Below are positions 8,792 to 18,211 of a DNA stretch of 64,000 bases, one piece after another; position 1 is the stretch's first letter; each line of letters opens with the position of its first letter. The stretch is from assembly GCA_963779755.1 (NCBI GenBank), contig CAVZZO010000001.1, positions 2,208,001-2,272,000 on the forward strand, in the 5' to 3' direction. This DNA is from an uncultured Gemmatimonadales bacterium. GTDB lineage: Bacteria; Gemmatimonadota; Gemmatimonadetes; Gemmatimonadales; GWC2-71-9. The position numbers and the translations under genes are program-made. Under the pieces are notes generated by a model. That model had not been told where the DNA came from and ran no database searches. It saw only the letters and a list, made by a program, of their open reading frames with translations.

Positions 8792-9649
8792 CTAGGGGAA
8801 AAGCCGGAGACTGTTCTCCGAAGTGATCTGCCGCTCGATGGCCGCCGGCAGTTCCAGGCCACGGAATTGCCGCAGATTGGTCCCCATGTCCCGCACGCCG
8901 GGACTGGGCCAGTCGGTGCCCCAGAGCGTCTTGTGGCTGATTTCGGCCAGACGGGGAAAATAGTCCAGCAGTCTCGCCGGCGGGATGCCGGAAACTTCGA
9001 GGAACACGTTCGGATGGCGCCGCAGGATGAAGAACGCCTCCTCCATCCAGAAAGGGCGCCCGCCATGCGCCATCAGGATAGTCAGATCGGGGAAATCGAT
9101 CGCCACGTCGTCCAGCTCGAGCGGGTTGCCCCACTTGGAGCGCGCGCCGGGGAAGATGCTGGTGCCGGTGTGAATCATGACCGGCAGCCCACGGTCCTCA
9201 CAGCGGCGGTAGATGCGGCCCAGCGCGTCGAGGCCCTCGGTGTAGGCGTTCGCGGGATACAGCTGGTGGGGTGGGTGGATCTTGAGGCAGCGGATGCCCA
9301 GGTCGGCCAGCCGGTCCACGTCGCCCTCGGGGTCGGTCGTGAAGCGCGCGTGCACGCCGCCGAAGGGCAGCATCCGCTCCGGCGCCTTCGAGGCGTACTC
9401 CACCGCGAAATCATTGGTGGAGTCGTCGAATCCCATGAGGTCGGGACTGGGGTAATTGATGAGCCCCACTCGCCAGATCCCGGCCTCGTCCATCACCTGG
9501 AGCAGCAGGCGCGGATCTTCCATCAGGGCGATCAGCCGCTCCCAATGATCCTCTTTGCCTCGCCGCATTGCCGCCATCACGGCCGGCTTGAGCTGCCGCC
9601 ACGGCTGGATATGGATGTGGAGGTCGGTGACGGGCGGGATCGGTGTCAT
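8792..9649 (-). CDS. Amidohydrolase_2 family TIM-barrel protein
   Basis: DLHIH, LKIHPPHQ, PVMIHTG, ILMAHGG, LWGTDWP; AAGGA SD before ATG 9649. Confidence 0.88.
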   Translation of the reverse strand: MTPIPPVTDLHIHIQPWRQLKPAVMAAMRRGKEDHWERLIALMEDPRLLLQVMDEAGIWRVGLINYPSPDLMGFDDSTNDFAVEYASKAPERMLPFGGVHARFTTDPEGDVDRLADLGIRCLKIHPPHQLYPANAYTEGLDALGRIYRRCEDRGLPVMIHTGTSIFPGARSKWGNPLELDDVAIDFPDLTILMAHGGRPFWMEEAFFILRRHPNVFLEVSGIPPARLLDYFPRLAEISHKTLWGTDWPSPGVRDMGTNLRQFRGLELPAAIERQITSENSLRLFP

Positions 9650-9660
9650 GGGGTCCTTAT

Positions 9661-9754
9661 GGTAGGCGGTAAACGGTAAGCGGTAAGCGGTAAGCGGGCT
9701 CGCATCGGAAAGCCTGGGCGCGGGCCCGCTCACCGTTCACCGCTGACTGCTCAC
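9661..9754. repeat. Heptamer (GGTAAGC/GGTGAGC) tandem-repeat inverted element
   Basis: GGTAGGC GGTAAAC GGTAAGC x3 ... CCGCTCACCGTTCACCGCTGACTGCTCACC. Confidence 0.85.
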
Positions 9755-10533
9755 CTTCCCGGGAACTCCGCTTTCCGCTTTTCCAGGAACGCCTTCACCC
9801 CTTCCGCCTTGTCCTCGCTGGCGAAGGCCACGCCGAACAGGGTGGTCTCCTGCCGCAGTCCCTCGTCCAGCGAGGTCCGCAGCGACGCGCGGACGGCCTC
9901 CTTGATGAGTTGCAGCGCCACCGGACTCTTCTCCGCGATGCTCGTCGCCAGCCTCATGACATGCTCCCGCAGTCCGGCGGCCGGCACGACTTCGTCCACC
10001 AGGCCGATACGCAGCGCCTCCGCCGCGTCGATCAGCTCGCCGGTGAAGAGCAGCCGGTAGGCTCGCCCGGGGCCCACCAGCCGGGGCAGTCGCTGGGTGC
10101 CGCCCCCGCCGGGAATGATGCCCAGGTTGACCTCCGGCTGTCCCAGCTTCGCGGTATCCGCCGCAACCCGGATATCGCAGGCCATGGCCAGCTCGCAGCC
10201 GCCGCCCAGGGTGAAGCCGTTCAGCATGGCGATGACCGGCTTGGGGAACTGTTCCACCGCGTCGAAGATGGTGGGCGCGCGCATGACCCGGAACTGATCT
10301 ACCGCGGTGCGCCCCTCGAACTCGCCGATATCGGCCCCGGCGACGAAGGCCTTCTCGCCCGCGCCGGTCAGCACTACCACCCGGACGGACTGATCGGCCC
10401 GCAGCTGGTCGAGCACCCCCAGCAGCTGGCAGCGGGTCGCGCCGTTCAGGGCGTTGCGCTTGTCGGGGCGGTTGATGGTCACCAGGGCCACCGCTCCCTG
10501 GCGTTCGGTCAGCACCAGTTCTGGCTCAGTCAT
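9751..10533 (-). CDS. Enoyl-CoA hydratase (PaaF-like crotonase)
   Basis: [47 protein letters not shown]; both catalytic Glu present. Alternative start at 10545. Confidence 0.92.
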   Translation of the reverse strand: MTEPELVLTERQGAVALVTINRPDKRNALNGATRCQLLGVLDQLRADQSVRVVVLTGAGEKAFVAGADIGEFEGRTAVDQFRVMRAPTIFDAVEQFPKPVIAMLNGFTLGGGCELAMACDIRVAADTAKLGQPEVNLGIIPGGGGTQRLPRLVGPGRAYRLLFTGELIDAAEALRIGLVDEVVPAAGLREHVMRLATSIAEKSPVALQLIKEAVRASLRTSLDEGLRQETTLFGVAFASEDKAEGVKAFLEKRKAEFPGR

Positions 10534-10535
10534 GG

Positions 10536-11396
10536 TCAGGTCCACTCGTAGAAGCCGCGGCCGGTCTTCTTGCCCAGATGGCCACCGGCCACGAGGTGCC
10601 GCAGGATAGCGGGAGGCTCGTACTGCGCGCCTCCCAGGGTCTCGTGCAGGTGCTCGGCGATGCGGAGCCGCACATCCAGCCCCACCAGATCGGTCAGGCG
10701 AAGCGGCCCCATGGGGTGATTATAGCCCAACGCCATCGCCCGGTCGATGTCGGCCGCCTCGGCCACGCCCTGCTCCAGCATGCGCATGGCCTCGAGGCCG
10801 AGCACGACCCCCAGCCGGCTGGAGGCGAAGCCGGGCGAGTCCCGCACCACCACGGCTTCCTTCCCCAGGCGCGATACTACGGCGCGGGCGTCGGCCAGCG
10901 CCCCGGCCGACAGGCCGTCGTGCGTGACGATCTCGACCAGCCGCATCAGGTGCACCGGGTTGAAGAAGTGCAGGCCCAGAAACCGCTCGGGGTGGGGCAG
11001 GCCGGCGGCGAGCCGGCCGATGGACAGCGAGGAGGTGTTGGAGGCCAGCAGCGCCTCATCGGCGGCCGCCCCGGCTGCTTGGCGCAGGACATCGAGCTTG
11101 ATCTCCGCCCGCTCGATCACCGCCTCGATGACAAGGCCGGCGCCCCGGGCGGCATCCGCCACGGACGGAGCGGCGTGGATCCTGGCCTGGATGGCGGTGC
11201 GGTCGCCGGAAGACATCTTCCCCCGGGTGACCGCGCCCTCCAGGGTCCGGGCGATACGCTCCTGTGCGGCGGCTGGTGCGGCCGGATCGGCATCGGCCAA
11301 CCAGGTCTCCCACCCCGCCGTGGCGGCGGCCTGCGCAATGCCCGCGCCCATGGTTCCCGCTCCCAGCACCGCCACTCGTCCCACGTCGAACGTCAT
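10536..11396 (-). CDS. 3-hydroxyacyl-CoA dehydrogenase (PaaH-like)
   Basis: GAGTMGAGIA, VIEAVIE, ASNTSSL, GLHFFNP, PMGPLRLTDLVGLDV, GKKTGRGFY. Confidence 0.94.
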   Translation of the reverse strand: MTFDVGRVAVLGAGTMGAGIAQAAATAGWETWLADADPAAPAAAQERIARTLEGAVTRGKMSSGDRTAIQARIHAAPSVADAARGAGLVIEAVIERAEIKLDVLRQAAGAAADEALLASNTSSLSIGRLAAGLPHPERFLGLHFFNPVHLMRLVEIVTHDGLSAGALADARAVVSRLGKEAVVVRDSPGFASSRLGVVLGLEAMRMLEQGVAEAADIDRAMALGYNHPMGPLRLTDLVGLDVRLRIAEHLHETLGGAQYEPPAILRHLVAGGHLGKKTGRGFYEWT

Positions 11397-12076
11397 GGGC
11401 CCTCCGTCAACGCCGCCCGGAGGCGGTCCGGGTGATTGCCGCAGATGCCGTCGACACCGAGAGCGGCCAGCCGCCGGGCTTCCGCCGGTGTGTTCACCGT
11501 CCAGGCGATCACCGCGGCCTCAGCGCCGTGCACCGCCTCGACCAGCGAACGGTCGATGAGCTGGAACGATTGCCAGAGCATGGTGGCGCCGGCATCCTGC
11601 AGCAGTCGCACCGGGTTCAGACAGTAGGCGCTGAGCAGGAGCCCCCGCGGCGGGCCGCCCTGCCGGGCCAGCCGGGCGATGATCCGGTGATCGAAACTGT
11701 GAACGGCGTAGCCGCCGGGATTGGGGCCCTGCGCTGCCGCCGCCAGTAGCCGGGCGTCATGCGCGGGCGCCAGGGTCTTGATCTCGATGTACACGCGCAG
11801 GCTGCCGGCGATATCCAGCACCTCCGGGAGAGTAGGAACCGTCTCGCCGTTGGGCAGGCGGAACTCCCGGATGTCGGGATAGGACAGATGCCCGATCGGT
11901 CCCAGGCCAGGCAGCTCGGCGTCGTGGTGAACCATCAGGATGCCGTCCTGGGTGGAATGCACGTCCAGCTCGACGCCGTCCGCTCCCAGTTCTACCGCGC
12001 GCCGGAAGGCGGCCCGGGAGTTCTCATACTCGGCGCCGGAGGCGCCGCGGTGGGCGATGATGAGGGGGAGCGACAT
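11393..12076 (-). CDS. Glycerophosphodiester phosphodiesterase family protein
   Basis: IIAHRGAS, ENS, GADGVELDV, HHD, PTLPEVL, IEIK, AWTVN, GVDGI. Confidence 0.9.
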   Translation of the reverse strand: MSLPLIIAHRGASGAEYENSRAAFRRAVELGADGVELDVHSTQDGILMVHHDAELPGLGPIGHLSYPDIREFRLPNGETVPTLPEVLDIAGSLRVYIEIKTLAPAHDARLLAAAAQGPNPGGYAVHSFDHRIIARLARQGGPPRGLLLSAYCLNPVRLLQDAGATMLWQSFQLIDRSLVEAVHGAEAAVIAWTVNTPAEARRLAALGVDGICGNHPDRLRAALTEGP

Positions 12077-12120
12077 GAAGCGTGTAAGATAAGGCGGCAG
12101 GGCGACAGGGCGGCAGCGTG

Positions 12121-12197
12121 CTGTCACCCTGAGCGGTAGCGAAGGGGCCGAAGCCGATCGATTGGTTCCGGCCGCTTCGCTGTGCTCAGCGTGACGG
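12121..12197. repeat. REP-like palindrome with TGTCA(C/T) ends
   Basis: TGTCACCCTGAGCGGTAGCGAAG ... CTTCGCTGTGCTCAGCGTGACG; related half-sites at about 12227-12249 and 14341-14369. Confidence 0.75.
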
Positions 12198-12269
12198 CGT
12201 TCCTCGCCAAGTGCCGGTGGCAAGCCGCTTTGCGCCCTCGCAATGACAGCTATTTGAGGCTCGGCTACC

Positions 12270-12388
12270 TTGCCGTCCTGCCGTCCTGCCGTCCTGCCCG
12301 TCCTGCCGTCCTGCGACCGAGCGGCCTCCAATAGAAAGCCGAGAGGAAGTCCTTTAGGGCCGCCTTGCCGCCTTGCCGCCTTGCCGCC
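12270..12388. repeat. Octamer arrays (GCCGTCCT, GCCGCCTT) flanking a core shared with 7277-7361 (copy 2)
   Basis: Tandem octamers on both sides of the core; complementary GGCGGCAG arm at 12091-12118. Confidence 0.85.
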
Positions 12389-13516
12389 CTAGTTCAGCTC
12401 CAGCTTCCGCGGCTCGATCCAGCCCTCGTCCTTGCAGACGGTATGAATGAGTTCGCGGTCCTGCGTCGTGGGGGTGACGGTCGCGAGGTAATCCGCGTAG
12501 CGCTCCGGGTCCATCTCCTCGCCCTCTACGCTGTAGCTCTGCCGGGCGTGGACCCCGATCTTCCGGTTAAACTTGAGGTCGGGCACCGTGAGGTGCCGCT
12601 CCTTTTCCGGTATCGCCATGTTGAGCCGGTCGACCAGCCGGGTGATTTCCTGCCGGTAGAGCTCGCGGCTGGCCTCGTTCAGATGGGCAACGTCGGCCGG
12701 ATCGCCGCTTTCCCGTTCATTGAACCGGCCCTTGAGCCCCCAGACGTAGGCCCAGTGGGCGCTGGAGGAGTTGTCGGTGCCGAACAGGTCGAAGGCGGTC
12801 GGGACCCACTTGTTGAAGTACCGCTGCATCACCTCGGGCGGAATGCGTCCCGCCTTGACGATGCGCAGCAGCCCGTTGTTGCCGGTGCCCAGGTGGAAGC
12901 TCTCTTCCTTGAGCATGGGCCCCATGGAACAGGCCAGCGGCTGGAAGGCGGAGGTGGAGAGCATCTTGAGCTGGAACTTGCCGTCGCGGTCGATGAACTG
13001 GGTGTAGGTATAGAAGTCGAGCCAGTTCTCCACGATTTCGTTGAAGGAGCCCAGCAGTCGCTCGCCCTCTTCCGCCCGGCGCTCCAGCAGTTTGGAGGCC
13101 TCCCGGCGGCCCTCGTCGCCGAAGTGGGCGCAGAGCAGGTAGGACATCTGCCAGCCGTGCCGCATCTCCTCGCTCATCACCCGGATGAGGGCATAGAGAT
13201 CATAGTCGCTGGGAGCGTTGGTCAGCAGGTTGCGCTGCTGCTCCACCGAGGCAAATTCGGTGTCGCCCTGATAGACGATCAGGTTCAGCAGCGCGTCGCG
13301 CACCCGCTGATCGGGAATATGCATGACGCTGGGCCACTTCCGGTTGCCCTTGTAGTGCCCGAATTCGATGGCCTCGGCTTCCGGCTCCGCGAAGAGCGCG
13401 TCGAACCTGAACTGCTTCGGGGTGTACTTCTTGAACTCGTCGAGCGGGAGGCCAATGGACTCCTGCCAGTAATGGAAGTAGTCGATCCAGTCGTCGAAGT
13501 TCATCAAACGCCGCAT
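12389..13516 (-). CDS. BoxB-like diiron aromatic-CoA ring epoxidase (short form, 375 aa)
   Basis: QGDTEFASVEQQR, APSDYDL, EEMRH, DRDGKFQL, EESFH, GLKGRF and FNRKIG parallel benzoyl-CoA epoxidase BoxB motifs (QGDTEPASVEQQR, EEGRH, DRDGKFQL, EEAHH); CAGGAG SD before ATG 13516. Confidence 0.88.
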   Translation of the reverse strand: MRRLMNFDDWIDYFHYWQESIGLPLDEFKKYTPKQFRFDALFAEPEAEAIEFGHYKGNRKWPSVMHIPDQRVRDALLNLIVYQGDTEFASVEQQRNLLTNAPSDYDLYALIRVMSEEMRHGWQMSYLLCAHFGDEGRREASKLLERRAEEGERLLGSFNEIVENWLDFYTYTQFIDRDGKFQLKMLSTSAFQPLACSMGPMLKEESFHLGTGNNGLLRIVKAGRIPPEVMQRYFNKWVPTAFDLFGTDNSSSAHWAYVWGLKGRFNERESGDPADVAHLNEASRELYRQEITRLVDRLNMAIPEKERHLTVPDLKFNRKIGVHARQSYSVEGEEMDPERYADYLATVTPTTQDRELIHTVCKDEGWIEPRKLELN

Positions 13517-13533
13517 GATGGTCTCCTGATCGT

Positions 13534-14328
13534 TCAGTGGCCCTGAAAAGCCGGTGATCGTTTGCTTTCGAAAGCGGCGAGACCCTCCGCCGCGTCGGCA
13601 CTCCTGAAACATTGTTCCTGGTTGGCAATCTCACGGGCCAACGCCTGGGCCAGGCCGTCGGTGGTGCCGGCGTAGACGGCCTCCTTGGCGAGGCGCGCCG
13701 CGATGGGCGGCAGCGCCGCCAGCTTCGCCGCCCAGGCGGCCGTCTCGCCGGGCAGCGCGGCGGCCGGAACCACGCGGTTCACCAGGCCCAGCTCGAGGCA
13801 GCGGGCGGCCGGCACGACGTCGGCCGACCAGATCAGCTCCAGCGCCCGGCTGGTGCCTGCCAGGCGGGGCAGGAACCAGGTGCCGCCCATGTCCGGGTGC
13901 AGGCCGATGCGGTGAAAGACCTGGCCGATGCCGGCGGTGTCGGCCGCGATCCGCAGATCGCAAGCCAGCGCGAGGTTGGCGCCGCCCCCGGCGGCGACCC
14001 CGTTGAGACTCGCCAGGACGGGCTTCGGCGCCTGGTGCAGAATGCTGACCAGCTCGCTGCCGGAGCGCACCAGTCCCATGGCGCCCTGCCAATCCTCATC
14101 CTTGAGTACCCGGCTCATGTACTTGACATCGGCGCCGGCGCAGAAGGCCTTCCCGGCGCCGGTCACCACGATGCAGCGCACCGCGTCGTCGGTGGCCAGC
14201 TCGCCAGCCGCCTCCACCAGCTCGTGCCGCATGACGTCGTCGAACGCATTCATGCGATCGGGGCGGTTCAGCAGGAGCGTGCCGATGCCCTTCTCCACGG
14301 TGGTCGCTACGTATTGCCAGGCTCCCAT
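13534..14328 (-). CDS. PaaG-like enoyl-CoA isomerase/hydratase
   Basis: NRPDRMNAF, AFCAGAD, AAGGGANLALACD, GLHPDMGGTWFLPRL; Asp-type catalytic motif, hydratase Glu residues absent. Confidence 0.85.
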   Translation of the reverse strand: MGAWQYVATTVEKGIGTLLLNRPDRMNAFDDVMRHELVEAAGELATDDAVRCIVVTGAGKAFCAGADVKYMSRVLKDEDWQGAMGLVRSGSELVSILHQAPKPVLASLNGVAAGGGANLALACDLRIAADTAGIGQVFHRIGLHPDMGGTWFLPRLAGTSRALELIWSADVVPAARCLELGLVNRVVPAAALPGETAAWAAKLAALPPIAARLAKEAVYAGTTDGLAQALAREIANQEQCFRSADAAEGLAAFESKRSPAFQGH

Positions 14329-14499
14329 AGGCCCTCGTCGTTGTCATTCCGAGCACAGCGCGGAAATCTTTCGGCCGCGCTTGCCCTCGCCGAGCCTCCC
14401 TCCGCGCGCCGAAGTGCGCCACAAGGAAAACGCGACGCATCTTCCGAGGGCACATACGCGCGCTGCGGGGGGCACCGGCTTCGGGCCCGCGCTAGCTTC

Positions 14500-14607
14500 G
14501 CTTCCCGCCTTCCCCGCCTTCCCGCCTTCCCGCCTTCCCGCCTTCCCGCCCTTCCTTCACTCCCCCACTCCCCGACTCCTCACTCCTCAATCCTCAATCC
14601 TCAATCC
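14500..14607. repeat. Octamer (TTCCCGCC) and heptamer (CCTCAAT) tandem arrays
   Basis: About five CCGCCTTC units at 14502-14550; CCTCAAT x3 at 14585-14607 supplies the thiolase stop codon. Confidence 0.85.
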
Positions 14608-15799
14608 TTTCCACGATCATCGCGATCCCTTGCCCCACGCCGATGCACATCGTGGCCAGCCCATAGCGTCCGCCGGTGCGGCGCAGGGCGTGGACCAGGG
14701 TGGTGAGGATCTTCGCCCCCGAGGCGCCCAGCGGGTGCCCCAGGGCGATCGCCCCGCCGTAGATGTTGACCCGCTCGGGGTCGAGCCCCAGCTCCCGGAT
14801 ACAGGCGATGCTCTGCGCGGCGAAGGCTTCGTTCAACTCGACCAGGTCGATCTGATCGAGCGTGAGGCCGGCGCGCGCCAGCGCCTTCCGCGTCGCCGGG
14901 ATCGGTCCCAGCCCCATGCAACTCGGGTCCACGCCCGCCACCGCTGTGGTCACCACCCGCGCCAGCGGGGTCACGCCGTACTCCGGGGCCCGGGCGGCGG
15001 CCACGACGGCCAGCGCCGCGGCGCCGTCGTTGATGCCGCTGGCGTTGCCGGCGGTCACGGTCCCCTCCGCCTCGAAGGCCGCCCGGAGCCGCCCCAGGCC
15101 CTCCGGCGTGATCCCCTCGCGGGGGTGCTCGTCGCGCGCGAACGTACGGATCTGGCCTTTCAGCGGCGGCAGCTGCACCGGCACCAGCTCATCGCCGAAG
15201 ACGCAGTCGGCCAGGGCCTGCTGCGCCCGCCGCTGGCTTTCCGCCGCAAAGGCGTCCTGCTCTTCCCGGCTGATGCCGTACTGTCGCGCTACCTTCTCTG
15301 CCGTGCTGCCCAGGGAGATGGTGTACTCCTTCGGCATCCGCGGGTTCACGAACCGCCAGCCGACCGTTGTATCGGCGGTCTCCGGTGCGTGCCGGTCCCA
15401 GGCGGTGCCGCTCTTGCGCATCACGTAGGGGGCGCGGGTCATGCTCTCGACCCCGCCGGCGACGAAGACCTCGCCCTCGCCCGCCCGGATCGCCTGCGAC
15501 GCCGAGGCCACGGCCTGCAGCCCGGAGCCGCAGAGCCGGTTGACGGTCTGCCCCGGCACTTCAATGGGAAGCCCGGCGAGCAGGGCGGCCATTCGCGCCA
15601 CATTGCGGTTGTCTTCGCCCGCCTGGTTGGCGCAGCCCAGGATCACATCGTCGATAGCGGCAGGATCGAGATTCGCGCGCCCCACGACCGATTTGATGAT
15701 CCCGGCCGCCAGGTCGTCCGGCCGCACCTCGGCCAATCCGCCGCCCGCGCGCCCTACCGGCGTCCGCAACGCCGCGGTAATGAACGGCTCGGGCCTCAT
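14594..15799 (-). CDS. Thiolase (PaaJ/PcaF-like 3-oxoadipyl-CoA thiolase)
   Basis: [58 protein letters not shown]. Confidence 0.93.
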   Translation of the reverse strand: MRPEPFITAALRTPVGRAGGGLAEVRPDDLAAGIIKSVVGRANLDPAAIDDVILGCANQAGEDNRNVARMAALLAGLPIEVPGQTVNRLCGSGLQAVASASQAIRAGEGEVFVAGGVESMTRAPYVMRKSGTAWDRHAPETADTTVGWRFVNPRMPKEYTISLGSTAEKVARQYGISREEQDAFAAESQRRAQQALADCVFGDELVPVQLPPLKGQIRTFARDEHPREGITPEGLGRLRAAFEAEGTVTAGNASGINDGAAALAVVAAARAPEYGVTPLARVVTTAVAGVDPSCMGLGPIPATRKALARAGLTLDQIDLVELNEAFAAQSIACIRELGLDPERVNIYGGAIALGHPLGASGAKILTTLVHALRRTGGRYGLATMCIGVGQGIAMIVERIED

Positions 15800-15806
15800 C
15801 GGACGG

Positions 15807-15840
15807 TCCCCTGAATCCTGGTCCCTGATTCCTGATTCCT
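15807..15840. repeat. Heptamer (CCTGATT-type) tandem repeat
   Basis: CCCTGAATCCTGGTCCCTGATTCCTGATTCC directly after the aldehyde dehydrogenase stop. Confidence 0.8.
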
Positions 15841-17276
15841 CATGCCAGATTCACCCACACCGTCTTCACCTCGGTGTAGCCGTCGAGTGCTACCCGGCCC
15901 AGGTCGCGGCCGAAGCCCGACTGCTTGTAGCCGCCGAAGGGAGCGGCCGGGTCGTAGATGTTGTAGGTGTTGATCCAGACGGTGCCGGCCTTGACCGCCC
16001 GGGCCAGCCGGTGGGCCTTGCCGATGTCGCGGGTCCAGATGCCGGCGGCCAGCCCGTACATGGACTGATTGGCCAGGTGCGCGGCCTCATCGAAATCGTC
16101 GAAGGGGAGCACCGCCAGCACCGGGCCGAAGATTTCTTCCCGCGCGATGGTCATCTCCGGCGTGACCCCGTCGAAGATGGTGGCCTCGACGTAGTAGCCC
16201 TTGCCGTTCACCTGGGCCGCCTTGCCGCCGGCCACCAGGCTGGCGCCTTCCGCTGTGCCCTTCGCCACGTAGCCGAGCACCGTCTCCTGCTGCTTCTTCG
16301 AGACCAGCGCCCCCAGGCGGGTATTCTTGTCGAAGGGATCGCCGGGGGTGAGCTTCTTCGCCCGGGCCGCCAGCTGTTCCACCACCTGGTCCTTGACCGA
16401 GCGCTCTACCAGCAGCCGGCTGCCGGCGGCGCAGACCTCGCCCTTGCCGTAGAAGATCCCGGTCTGGGCCCCGCGCACCGCCGCGCCCAGATCCGCATCG
16501 GCGAAGACCACATTGGGACTCTTGCCGCCCAGCTCGAGCGTGATCCGCTTCACGGTGTCGGCGGCGTCGCGCATGATGCGCTTGCCGACCTCCGTGCTGC
16601 CGGTGAAGGAGATCTTGTCCACCGCGGGGTGCTTCACCAGCGCCGAGCCGGCCACCGAGCCCTGGCCCGGCACCACGTTGAGCGCCCCGGCGGGGAAGCC
16701 GGCGTCGAGCATCACCCGGCCCAGGGCCAGCGCGGTGAGCGGCGTTTCGGTGGCCGGCTTGAGCACCACGGTGCAGCCGGCCGCCAGCGCCGGCGCCACC
16801 TTCCACATGGCCAGATTGAGCGGGAAGTTCCAGGGAACGATCGCTCCCACCACGCCCACCGGCTCCCGCAACGTATAGGTGAAGAAGGGGCCGTCCACCG
16901 GCACCGTCTCGCCGCCCAGCTTGTCGCTCCAGCCGGCATAGTAGCGCAGCGTGTCCACCGACATCCCGACGTCGATTTTCGATTCGAAGAAGGGCTTGCC
17001 GTTCTGCCGCGATTCGATGGTCGCGATGTCGTTCTTCCGTTCCTCCAGCAGGTCGGCGGCCCGGGCCAGCAGCCGGCCGCGCTGGCGGGGCGACATCTTC
17101 TGCCAGTCGGCGGAATCGAAACAGGTACGGGCCGCCTCCACCGCGGCGGCCACGTCCTCCGGACCGGCCAGCGCCGGCTCGGCCAGCACTTCTTCGGTGG
17201 CGGGGTTCACCACGGAGAAGCGCTTGCCGGAGGCTGCGGGCTGGAAACGGTTTGCTATAAAGAGATCGGTCTCCAT
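15840..17276 (-). CDS. NAD(P)-dependent aldehyde dehydrogenase (candidate BoxD equivalent)
   Basis: [59 protein letters not shown]. Confidence 0.94.
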   Translation of the reverse strand: METDLFIANRFQPAASGKRFSVVNPATEEVLAEPALAGPEDVAAAVEAARTCFDSADWQKMSPRQRGRLLARAADLLEERKNDIATIESRQNGKPFFESKIDVGMSVDTLRYYAGWSDKLGGETVPVDGPFFTYTLREPVGVVGAIVPWNFPLNLAMWKVAPALAAGCTVVLKPATETPLTALALGRVMLDAGFPAGALNVVPGQGSVAGSALVKHPAVDKISFTGSTEVGKRIMRDAADTVKRITLELGGKSPNVVFADADLGAAVRGAQTGIFYGKGEVCAAGSRLLVERSVKDQVVEQLAARAKKLTPGDPFDKNTRLGALVSKKQQETVLGYVAKGTAEGASLVAGGKAAQVNGKGYYVEATIFDGVTPEMTIAREEIFGPVLAVLPFDDFDEAAHLANQSMYGLAAGIWTRDIGKAHRLARAVKAGTVWINTYNIYDPAAPFGGYKQSGFGRDLGRVALDGYTEVKTVWVNLA

Positions 17277-17292
17277 CGCTCGATTTCGTAAT

Positions 17293-17374
17293 GGTGAGCG
17301 GTGAGGAGTGAGCGGTAAGCGGGGTGGTGAGCGGGGGAGGGCCCGCTCACCGCTTACCGGTTACCGCTCACCGT
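17293..17374. repeat. Heptamer (GGTGAGC) tandem-repeat inverted element
   Basis: GGTGAGCGGTGAGGAGTGAGCGGTAAGCGG ... CCGCTCACCGCTTACCGGTTACCGCTCACCG. Confidence 0.85.
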
Positions 17375-17375
17375 C

Positions 17376-18206
17376 TTACCGTGCCTTGAAGGTCGCCATC
17401 CGCTTCTCCACGTAGGCCGCCAGGCCTTCCTTGGCATCCTCCGACTGGAAGAGCTGCTGCTGCAGCTCGCGCTCGATGGCGAGCGAGCTCTCGAAGGGCA
17501 CCTCGAGGCCCGACTGCACCGCCCGCTTGATGAGTCCTACGGCCTTGGAGGCCTTGTGCGGCGGGCAGAACTGCCGGGCATAGAGCTGGATGTTTTCCCA
17601 CCAGTTGTCCGGGTCGAACACCTTGTTGATCACGCCCAGCTCCTCGGCGGTCTCGAAGGAGAAGGTCTCGCCGGTTGCCATGAGTTCGATCGCCCTGGAC
17701 TTGCCCACCAGCCGGCAGAGCCGCTGGGTCCCGCCGGTCCCGGGCAGCACGCCCAGATTCACCTCGGGCAGGCCGATCTTGCCGGCGTTGCGCTTCGCCA
17801 CCCGGATGTCGCAGGCCATGGCGATCTCCAGCCCGCCGCCCACGGTGTGGCCGTTCAGGGCCGCGATGGTGAGCTTCGGCGTCTGCTCCAGCCGGTTCAG
17901 CGTCTCGTTGGCGTGGAGGCAGAAGAAGTATTTGAAGCGCGGCGTCACCGTGTTGAGCATCTGGATGTTGGCGCCGGCGGAGAAGAACTTCTCGCCGTGG
18001 CCGCGGAGCACGATGACATGCGCGTCATCGGCCATGCGCGCGTCGAGGATGGCCGCGTCGAGCTGGCGCATCATCTCGTAGGTGTAGGTGTTGGCCGGGG
18101 GATCGTTCAGGGTGATGATGGCGAGGCCGTCCTGCACCTCGTAGTTCACCAGCACCTTGTCGGTCGGCGCCGGGGCGCCGGGGCGGGGAGCCATGGTTGT
18201 TGCCAC
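17376..18206 (-). CDS. Crotonase-family protein resembling the catalytic domain of BoxC (ring-cleaving hydrolase)
   Basis: FSAGANIQML...KYFFCLHANETLNRLE, GGGLEIAMACD, LPEVNLGVLPGTGG; GGAGG SD before GTG 18206. Confidence 0.85.
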   Translation of the reverse strand: MATTMAPRPGAPAPTDKVLVNYEVQDGLAIITLNDPPANTYTYEMMRQLDAAILDARMADDAHVIVLRGHGEKFFSAGANIQMLNTVTPRFKYFFCLHANETLNRLEQTPKLTIAALNGHTVGGGLEIAMACDIRVAKRNAGKIGLPEVNLGVLPGTGGTQRLCRLVGKSRAIELMATGETFSFETAEELGVINKVFDPDNWWENIQLYARQFCPPHKASKAVGLIKRAVQSGLEVPFESSLAIERELQQQLFQSEDAKEGLAAYVEKRMATFKAR

Positions 18207-18211
18207 GATTG

